A stretch of 43,305 nt of DNA, from the IMG/VR virus record IMGVR_UViG_3300030376_006694, positions 1 through 43,305 of that record; one strand, given 5' to 3'. Shown one piece after another: positions 37,301-43,305 of the stretch. The position numbers and the translations under genes are program-made. Numbering within the stretch: position 1 is the first letter of the stretch; each line of letters begins with the position of its first letter. Source of the stretch: a virus. Taxonomy: Duplodnaviria > Caudoviricetes. A model generated the notes under the pieces. It was not told where the DNA came from. It saw nothing but the letters and a program-made list of their open reading frames with translations, and searched no databases.

Positions 37301-39098
37301 TATAGTTGCTAAAGAAAAAAGAGGTGATAAGTTAACTAAAGACCAGCAAAATATTTTAGATGCAGGTCCTCCTCCTCAATTTACATCCCCAGATTTTGTA
37401 AAAATTGAAGGTCAGGGATATGGAAATTTAAATGGTGTTTTAGTAGATAAAGGTATTGCAGAAAATTTACGAGTTACAAGAGGAGAGCAATGGGGTGCAG
37501 ATTGGATGAAAAAAAGAGATACCGCTGGAACTCCTTGGATTACTAAAGATAGACTAGTAAATGGATATATTAATTTTACTAATACATTTAAAGCTGCTAA
37601 AGTTCCATTTAATTTGCCTACTGTATCAAGAAATATGGTTTCTACCTCTTTTCAATTAAATCAAGCTAATATGTCTTTAACTCAGCAGATAAAATCTAGT
37701 CCTTCTATTATAAAAAGTATGAAAAGTAAAGATAAATCATATATGGAAGCTTTAGAGAATGGATTGTTTAAAGGAACTATGACTACAGAATATTTTCAAT
37801 TCTTAGAAAAATATACAAAAAATTTAACTGAAACAACTAAAAAAGGGGATTCTTATTTAAATGCTATTTGGGATGCTACCAAAGAATTTTCAGGCAAAAA
37901 AGCAAAAAATGTAACAGATTTTTATGGAGCAATTGATAATTTTTATAAATTTATGTATTATAAGCATTTAAGAAATCAAGGAAAAGGTGTAAAAGAGTCA
38001 GTAAGAACTGCTCAGGACGTAGTTATAGATTATAGCTTAATAAGTCCAACAATGGCTGCAATAAGACAGCATCCTGTTATAGGAATGCCTTTTATTACTT
38101 ATTCTCGAAAAATACTTCCAAGAACCATTCAATCTATACGAGAAAACCCTATGAGGTCAACAGCTATTATTGGGCTTCCTATTTTATATAGTCAGTTTGA
38201 ATTTTCTAAATATTCACTTCAACTACAAAATGAAAATTTTAATGAAGATACGTGGGATTTAATGCAAGTTGCAATGGGTGAAAGAATGAGAGAGAATGCA
38301 ATTGTGCTTCCGATGTTTGACTCTGAAGGCAGGCCTCAAGTTATGGATTTAACATATAATTTACCTTGGGGTAGTTGGCAAGAAGTAGGCCGTTCATTAA
38401 TTAGTCTTGCTTTAGGTGATAGTGATGATATAGTCGGGAGCTTGCAAGAAGTAGGCGGTGGAATTTCTAATAATTTTGGATTAATGCCAGGTCCAAGTAT
38501 GTATATGGCTATAAAGTTTGGAATAATTCCTACAGCTGGTGGAGGATATATGGAAATATATGATGCTTTAGATACTCCTACAGATAGGGCTTTATCAGTT
38601 GCTCAGTTTACAAGAAATTTACTTTTGCCTGGAATGTTAAATGAAAATGGAGCTTTAGATAAAACTCTTGAAACTGCTGGATTTAAACAAACAAATATAT
38701 ATGATACAAAACTAACAAGTGGTCAAGCAGCTGCAAGATGGATAGGACTCAATGTTTATCCTGTAGATATTGGCATGGGTACTTTAAAGCAAACAAAAAA
38801 GTTTACATATTTAATTGGGGAGTTACATAGAGACTTTAATAGAGAATTAAATGAACTTAAAACAACACAAGGAATAGAAGATGTAGATAAATTAAAAGAT
38901 GATATTCTTCAAAGATATATTCCTAAAATGATGCAAATATATGACGATATTTATGGGCCTATTATTGAAAAAACAACTAAAAAGCAAGGATTTGACTCTT
39001 TAAAAGAAATGGTTGAATCTAAATTGGACTATGGGAAAGAAGAAAATTATGATGAAAGTTGGGAAGATTACCAAAAAAGGAAGAAAAAATCCAATTAG
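34392..39098 (+). CDS. Large internal virion/ejection protein (large polyvalent protein-like)
   Basis: 1568 aa; NPF repeats at the N-terminus, coiled coils, IDYS...GMPFITY C-terminal motif. Confidence 0.7.
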   Translation: MANPFDAFKDILNEETPTQSPPDTSYVKPEPPEVPIKVNPFSAFENILKDKEVNASTEAEQSYDLINTNPDTLMTNALESVKSGNNSILEQDTIEDIDFKKASEKQYSPPPIDIVDLTPKPVKKSSETKIEDFRIDDFTDKLESVRIDTKEKLKKYYKTNDVNDMDEELRKQISSSLGKDVSIDSMKNVISKYGGYVDNEKESLDVKMTVDEKGNLNPVVKEVSRMSDLLDPSSEAMNPLHKAFPLITGKPYDENNPGAGVTETLEKEGYLNESQKMGTPAGKAYPLSVYLKAIVHRALGSDPEAMYEQPEDIVDTYKGVTANALATILNLPFIPLEMADHVWRDVQASDDPINTALNSTGELTGEVLKYFAHTAVNVSLAISPFSTEEQQAKGRAALYEDPMGPLFTIMGGYGGVKTGAKIKKGFKEAPVKVQTAGNNLMAAYHYYRTGTKPPKELQPFVDVLNTNPNAPGIAQNLINALEGVKDLKKPKVEPKITPKITPKITPKVPIKTKTPKKLKESQKPLEEQKSILDEKITKINRKKDLTKSDKQELYVSKIKERNIKKKIEFNKKTVEERKKIIRKQGKLEYEITEIKNALKEQKEFLEPREITSKKETITEKLKEIELLKRELKKLEPKGKTTELHGGFGLAKREISEFTNYIKNKIKQGDENLGIIYNSYFNEKNKNFSEYGLLNEMANKVLVFRDRDGKLVESFAAPRQQRKTPEYSKFLDLRNKFIGDGMKIKHEVSNLIDVVSRYEQKDKNILMDYLEGKTDISNIKDVKLQKVGKIVRHRLDNYGKELVNKGLISKEAYSKHKGEYLANIYEAHWVGKSPTQTGVPKIRQDYNNHRAGVSESRKLELGERVSLETTIYESIIREKNDLLTVEFLNQILENPKWAKKESIIEVGGKKYGEIALETELANVNAVISKKKSNKQPVPKETQQHANNLQKALDAHKKKVSEAEVLLQEYNTIVAKEKRGDKLTKDQQNILDAGPPPQFTSPDFVKIEGQGYGNLNGVLVDKGIAENLRVTRGEQWGADWMKKRDTAGTPWITKDRLVNGYINFTNTFKAAKVPFNLPTVSRNMVSTSFQLNQANMSLTQQIKSSPSIIKSMKSKDKSYMEALENGLFKGTMTTEYFQFLEKYTKNLTETTKKGDSYLNAIWDATKEFSGKKAKNVTDFYGAIDNFYKFMYYKHLRNQGKGVKESVRTAQDVVIDYSLISPTMAAIRQHPVIGMPFITYSRKILPRTIQSIRENPMRSTAIIGLPILYSQFEFSKYSLQLQNENFNEDTWDLMQVAMGERMRENAIVLPMFDSEGRPQVMDLTYNLPWGSWQEVGRSLISLALGDSDDIVGSLQEVGGGISNNFGLMPGPSMYMAIKFGIIPTAGGGYMEIYDALDTPTDRALSVAQFTRNLLLPGMLNENGALDKTLETAGFKQTNIYDTKLTSGQAAARWIGLNVYPVDIGMGTLKQTKKFTYLIGELHRDFNRELNELKTTQGIEDVDKLKDDILQRYIPKMMQIYDDIYGPIIEKTTKKQGFDSLKEMVESKLDYGKEENYDESWEDYQKRKKKSN
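35871..35912 (+). repeat. 12-bp tandem repeat x3.5 encoding PKIT
   Basis: CCTAAAATAACT x3 plus CCTAAA. Confidence 0.9.
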
Positions 39099-39144
39099 GA
39101 TAATATTTACAGAAGTATTAAATTAGGCTAGAATTTATAATATA

Positions 39145-39180
39145 TGTGCCCATGTCAACCCCTCTGGGCGGTAAGGCACA
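39145..39180 (+). promoter_or_regulatory. Structured 5' leader of the LamG fibre operon
   Basis: TATAAT at 39136-41, then TGTGCC...GGCACA stem enclosing CCC-CTCT-GGG. Confidence 0.45.
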
Positions 39181-39202
39181 ATAACAAACAAGAGAGGTAA
39201 TT

Positions 39203-39523
39203 ATGGCAAAAGTAGGAAACTTTCCTAGAATAAAGTCAAGATATTCTGTGCAAAAAGCAAGCAATTTGTCGTTAGGACAAGGTGGATGTTTATTCGAAGA
39301 TAGCACATCAGTAATTTCAGGCAAAACTATAGTAGCAATACAAGTAGTTTCAGATGCAACCTTTACAACTTTAACTCCTATAGATTCTAATTATATAGGG
39401 ACTTCTGGTGGCAATGGAGATGCTATTGATACAAGTAATATTTTTTCAGCAGGAATGACTATATATGGTCAATGGACTGCTTTTACTCTAGCTGGCGGTT
39501 CAGTTATAGCATATTTAGGCTAA
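39203..39523 (+). CDS. Small beta-rich virion protein (fibre or spike base)
   Basis: IVAIQ...GMTIYGQWT....GSVIAY; GAGG RBS. Confidence 0.65.
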   Translation: MAKVGNFPRIKSRYSVQKASNLSLGQGGCLFEDSTSVISGKTIVAIQVVSDATFTTLTPIDSNYIGTSGGNGDAIDTSNIFSAGMTIYGQWTAFTLAGGSVIAYLG

Positions 39524-39524
39524 T

Positions 39525-40259
39525 ATGTCACTAGGATTAGGAGCAAGCTTAGGGAAATCAGGACTCGTAGCCCCAGGTATCGTTACAGATAATCTGGTTA
39601 CAAAACATATGTATCCCGCAGGAGCAGTACAGCTAGTTAGTGATGGTGCTGCATATTTTGATGGTAGCGATAGTTATATTTCTGCTTCAAATCTCACATT
39701 TGGAACTAAAATGACATTTATGTGTTGGGCTAAAACACCGACTGGTGAAGATGGAGTATTCCTTGCAGCTAAAGATGGCTCTGGGAACTCTATTACATTA
39801 GGAACAATTAATGAATTAGTTGACGCTAGATTTGTAGGAACTAATACTATTAAAAGAAAGTCTGCTGCAAGTTCATGGGTACATAAGCAATGGAATCATA
39901 TTGCAGCTGTTTGTGACAGCGATACTGCAACTACTGGGCTAACTATATATATTAATGGGGTATCTTCAACTAGTTCTACAAGCAATAGTTATGGGGTACC
40001 AGGAGCTGCTGGAACATATATGGGGGCTATATACACTGGTTCTGCTTACAATAATGACCTAGAAGGTTATGTATGTAATATGGGAGTTTGGAATGAATTA
40101 CTTACTCAACCAGAAATAAAATCAATTATGTGGAAACAATATGCAGATTTAACAACAAGTGAAACAGATAATTTAATTAATTGGTGGGCATTAGATGAAG
40201 GCACAGGTACAAGTGTTGCAGATTCTAAAGGTTCATTAACAGGAGCTTTGACAGCATAA
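39525..40259 (+). CDS. LamG/concanavalin A-like domain virion protein
   Basis: AAYFDG..., TFMCW, WNHIAAV...IYING, WWALDEGTG. Confidence 0.85.
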   Translation: MSLGLGASLGKSGLVAPGIVTDNLVTKHMYPAGAVQLVSDGAAYFDGSDSYISASNLTFGTKMTFMCWAKTPTGEDGVFLAAKDGSGNSITLGTINELVDARFVGTNTIKRKSAASSWVHKQWNHIAAVCDSDTATTGLTIYINGVSSTSSTSNSYGVPGAAGTYMGAIYTGSAYNNDLEGYVCNMGVWNELLTQPEIKSIMWKQYADLTTSETDNLINWWALDEGTGTSVADSKGSLTGALTA

Positions 40260-43200
40260 TGGCAGGTTCATTACAAAAAATAGTAAAACCAACTAAATAC
40301 AGAGCAGTAGATACTTCTGGCAACAATAATCATGGAAAGATATATTCAGGTAGAGCATTACAATTTGATGGTGTTAGTGATAGGTTTGCTACAACTGGTG
40401 GTGGTACTGTTCCTGTTGCAGGAACAGGAATCGAAGGAGTTAATAAATTTTCAGATGGTGAATCATGGACTATGGCTGTATGGATATATTTAAATGGCCA
40501 ACAAGATTGTTTTGTAATTGGAAAAGACCAAGCTACAAGACCTCATCTAGTTTTAAATTTAGATAGTAGTGTACAATATCTTGAATTTAGAGCAGAAGAT
40601 TTAGGAAATGATACATATAGATTTGGAAAACTTCAAGAAAATACTTGGCATAGATTAGTAATAACTTCAAATGGAACAAGCCTTTCTGCTTACTCTAATG
40701 GTGCTTTAATTGGAACTATTGCAGATGGGGCAGCATCTATTGACTCTTCTGGTTCTTTTTCAAGCACTGAAATGTGGTTTACTGGATGGGGTGGTTCATA
40801 TGAAAGTAGCGGAATCTATGCGGTTTCTTTAGACGGAATGATGTCCGATGCTCAAGTATGGAATGTAGAGTGGAGTGCATCTGATATAGAATTTGACTAT
40901 CTAAACCCTGAATCTTTAGTATTGAATAATAGTGGTACTTCACTTACAGAATCTAATCTAAAACTTTGGTATCCCATGCAAGACGGAAATAGTGGGCAAG
41001 TGTCTTATAACTCTCAATATTACAGGATAATGGATGGAGCTAATCTAGGACTAAGTAGTGAAATGCTAACTAATACAGATTTTGAATCAGGAATATCTGG
41101 ATGGTCAGCAAAACAATGCACTTTATTGCATACATCTAAACAAAATATCATCTCTGGTTCTGGTAGCCTTAAAGTTACTTCTTTAGCTAATGCTGATGCT
41201 GGTCCTTATCAAAATATAGGAGCTTATGCAGGTGTAACATATAAAGTTTCAGGTACAATGCAATTATTGACTGGTAGTTCTAATGGCACTATAAAAATAA
41301 TTAATTCTACTAGCACTGGTTCTAGTCAAGATACTCTTTATAGCGGGGAAAGTGGAGGATTGATTTCAGGAGGAGATGCAGTTTCTTTTACAGCTTATGT
41401 TGTAGCATTAGATAGTCAACCCAGCATACAATTTGCATGTAATGTAGCTGATGGTTCTTTTGTATTAGATGATGTATCTGTTAAAGCTGTAAATGACAAA
41501 CATCATGGGATTACTGTATTTACTGGTTCTGAAGTAGCAGTAAATGGTGACATGGAAACATTCCCGACTTTACATGCTACAAATGATGATACTTTTACAG
41601 ATGAAAGTGTAGATGGAAGCCAGCAAGTAACAATGGTAACAGAAGGTACAATTAAAAATAGTGGTTCAAAAAGTGCAAAATGTACACTTGCTTCTGGAGA
41701 AACTACTGGATACATAACTTATAATAAAACAGATTACGTAGTAGGAAAAACTTATCGTGCACAAGTATTTATGAGAGCAGGAGGAAGTCAAACTATAAGT
41801 GCATTTCAAATGTTTGCTGATGACAGTATACGAGGAGAAGATGGAACAGATGGGACTGCTATAACACCAGATGAAGATTTTGCTATGGCTTATGTTGAAT
41901 TTATTGCATCTGCAACCACTATGATGATAAATATGAAATTTACTGGAACAGCAACACATTTTGCTTTTATAGATGATTTTAGTATAAAAGAAGTAGGTGT
42001 GTCTTCAGGCTGGTCAAGAGCAGACCAACAACTAGATATACCTCAAACAGCATTACAATCCTATAATCAAAAATTAGTATTTGGAGATACTTCTACAACT
42101 TGTGATTTTGGGACAACAGCTGAAACTAATATGGCCAATATAAATGATGGAAAAACTATTTCTTTTTGGATTAATCCATTTGAATTTAATAATGGTATGA
42201 TACTTGGCACTAATATTGCACAGAGTAGAATAGTTGCTTATAGTTCTACTGTAATACAGATGGAAGATGATGCTAATGCTGTAACTTTAGCATGGACTGT
42301 TCCTGAAATGGTTCTTGGAAGTTTATACCATATAGTAATCGTATTTAATGATAATGCAGGGTATAGCTTGTATATGAATGGTGAGTTTATATCAACACAA
42401 GACGACGATGCATTTTCTGGTATTGATATAGATGCAATTGGAGGTAAATCTAGTGGAGGTTCTGATAATTTTAATGGAATTATAGATGAAATTAGCTTCT
42501 GGGGTGCCGAGCTAACAGCAGCACAGGTGGTAGAAATTTTTAATGATGGAGTTGTGTTCGACTTAACAGATTCTTCTTCATATACCAATTTAAGTTATAG
42601 TGATTTAACTTATTACTGGAGAAACAATGGTCTTTCTGTTTGGCCAGAATTAAAAGCGGGAGCTAGCAATACAGAAGTCACTCCAAGTGTTACTAATAAT
42701 GAAATTATGATGCTTTCAGCAGGAACAGATTCTTCTAAAGATATCCAAGGATTTCCAATGAATAAGCAAAGGGATACTAATTCACTTAATTTAACTTATA
42801 CTGGCGCTTCTGATGGTTATGTAGATTTAGTAGAAGAAACAACAAGAGCATCTACAAGTGCTTTTAGTATTACTTTATGGGTAAAACCATCCCATGTTGG
42901 TGATAATAGATTTATAGGAAGCGGGGCAGACTATATTAGATTCAAAACTAGTTCTCAAATTAGAATAAGTGCAAATGGCTCTGTATTCAATATTTCGTTA
43001 TCTTCTGGTTCTTGGAATGTTAATGAATGGATTCATATGGGTATAGTAAGAGATGCTAGCGATGACGTTACTATGTATGTAGACGGAGCATCCCAAGATA
43101 CTGTAGCTATAGCTCAACCTTTTGATTATAGGTATATAGGTGCATATGATGCTGCAGATACATTTGATGGAGATATTGATGATGTTTGTATATATCATGA

Positions 43201-43261
43201 TGAATTGAGTGCAGCAGAGGTATTAAGAAATTATAACGCAGGTAAAAGGAGTCACAAATAA
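40259..43261 (+). CDS. Multi-LamG tail fibre/receptor-binding protein with CBM-like jelly rolls
   Basis: Three LamG units (WHRLVIT, YHIVIV, WIHMGIV; FxGxIDD/E) and two N.DFE/NGDME...DDVSVK/DDFSIK modules. Confidence 0.85.
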   Translation: MAGSLQKIVKPTKYRAVDTSGNNNHGKIYSGRALQFDGVSDRFATTGGGTVPVAGTGIEGVNKFSDGESWTMAVWIYLNGQQDCFVIGKDQATRPHLVLNLDSSVQYLEFRAEDLGNDTYRFGKLQENTWHRLVITSNGTSLSAYSNGALIGTIADGAASIDSSGSFSSTEMWFTGWGGSYESSGIYAVSLDGMMSDAQVWNVEWSASDIEFDYLNPESLVLNNSGTSLTESNLKLWYPMQDGNSGQVSYNSQYYRIMDGANLGLSSEMLTNTDFESGISGWSAKQCTLLHTSKQNIISGSGSLKVTSLANADAGPYQNIGAYAGVTYKVSGTMQLLTGSSNGTIKIINSTSTGSSQDTLYSGESGGLISGGDAVSFTAYVVALDSQPSIQFACNVADGSFVLDDVSVKAVNDKHHGITVFTGSEVAVNGDMETFPTLHATNDDTFTDESVDGSQQVTMVTEGTIKNSGSKSAKCTLASGETTGYITYNKTDYVVGKTYRAQVFMRAGGSQTISAFQMFADDSIRGEDGTDGTAITPDEDFAMAYVEFIASATTMMINMKFTGTATHFAFIDDFSIKEVGVSSGWSRADQQLDIPQTALQSYNQKLVFGDTSTTCDFGTTAETNMANINDGKTISFWINPFEFNNGMILGTNIAQSRIVAYSSTVIQMEDDANAVTLAWTVPEMVLGSLYHIVIVFNDNAGYSLYMNGEFISTQDDDAFSGIDIDAIGGKSSGGSDNFNGIIDEISFWGAELTAAQVVEIFNDGVVFDLTDSSSYTNLSYSDLTYYWRNNGLSVWPELKAGASNTEVTPSVTNNEIMMLSAGTDSSKDIQGFPMNKQRDTNSLNLTYTGASDGYVDLVEETTRASTSAFSITLWVKPSHVGDNRFIGSGADYIRFKTSSQIRISANGSVFNISLSSGSWNVNEWIHMGIVRDASDDVTMYVDGASQDTVAIAQPFDYRYIGAYDAADTFDGDIDDVCIYHDELSAAEVLRNYNAGKRSHK

Positions 43262-43305
43262 TGGCACATTATGAAATGTATTTTTGTTTACCTAGCAGTG
43301 CATAT
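43127..43305. repeat. Terminal direct repeat, right copy
   Basis: 177 of 179 bases identical to 1..179. Confidence 0.95.

Noticed and set aside
1135-43198. Antisense or alternate-frame ORFs in the track (e.g. 1135-1476, 9585-9902, 16437-16754, 16487-16903, 29345-29782, 42238-42588)
   Set aside because: These are shadows of well-supported genes, with no RBS or recognisable motifs.
43127-43305. Diversity-generating retroelement TR/VR pair at the fibre C-terminus
   Set aside because: No reverse transcriptase was recognised, the adenines at the two mismatches lie in opposite copies, and the repeat runs into the next gene and coincides with the contig ends.
1-43305. CRISPR array or stop-codon reassignment
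   Set aside because: I saw no repeat-spacer periodicity. Long genes are intact in the standard code, and TAG (33160, 39098) and TGA (893, 1936) act as normal stops.

Overview
This appears to be a complete, circularly permuted genome of an AT-rich tailed dsDNA phage, about 43.1 kb unique plus a 179-bp terminal overlap with 2 mismatches. The architecture is podovirus-like: P22-type portal, SU10/DUF5309-type major capsid, tail adaptor and nozzle, ejection proteins, and LamG receptor-binding proteins. Two gene blocks diverge from a ~1.2-kb non-coding region at 13.45-14.64 kb. The minus-strand early/replication block (3.1-13.4 kb) holds many tiny ORFs, a Sak-like annealase, an SSB-like protein, a lambda-O-like initiator with internal iterons, a putative helicase loader and a RuvC-like resolvase. 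The plus-strand late block runs from 14.6 kb through the end and wraps to 3.1 kb, covering packaging, head, tail, ejection, fibre and lysis genes. I recognised no integrase, DNA polymerase, reverse transcriptase or CRISPR array. The most interesting signals lie in the non-coding hub. These are a promoter-led, multi-helix ~400-nt candidate RNA opposite the terminase genes, a boxB/boxA-like early leader ending in a D-arm-less tRNA mimic, and a CpG-rich island. Other notable points are an Rmt2/GAMT-like methyltransferase coupled into the tail-fibre operon, apparent GATC avoidance, and a phosphoesterase lacking a canonical start. All protein calls come from motif recognition by eye, and no database search or folding program was run.
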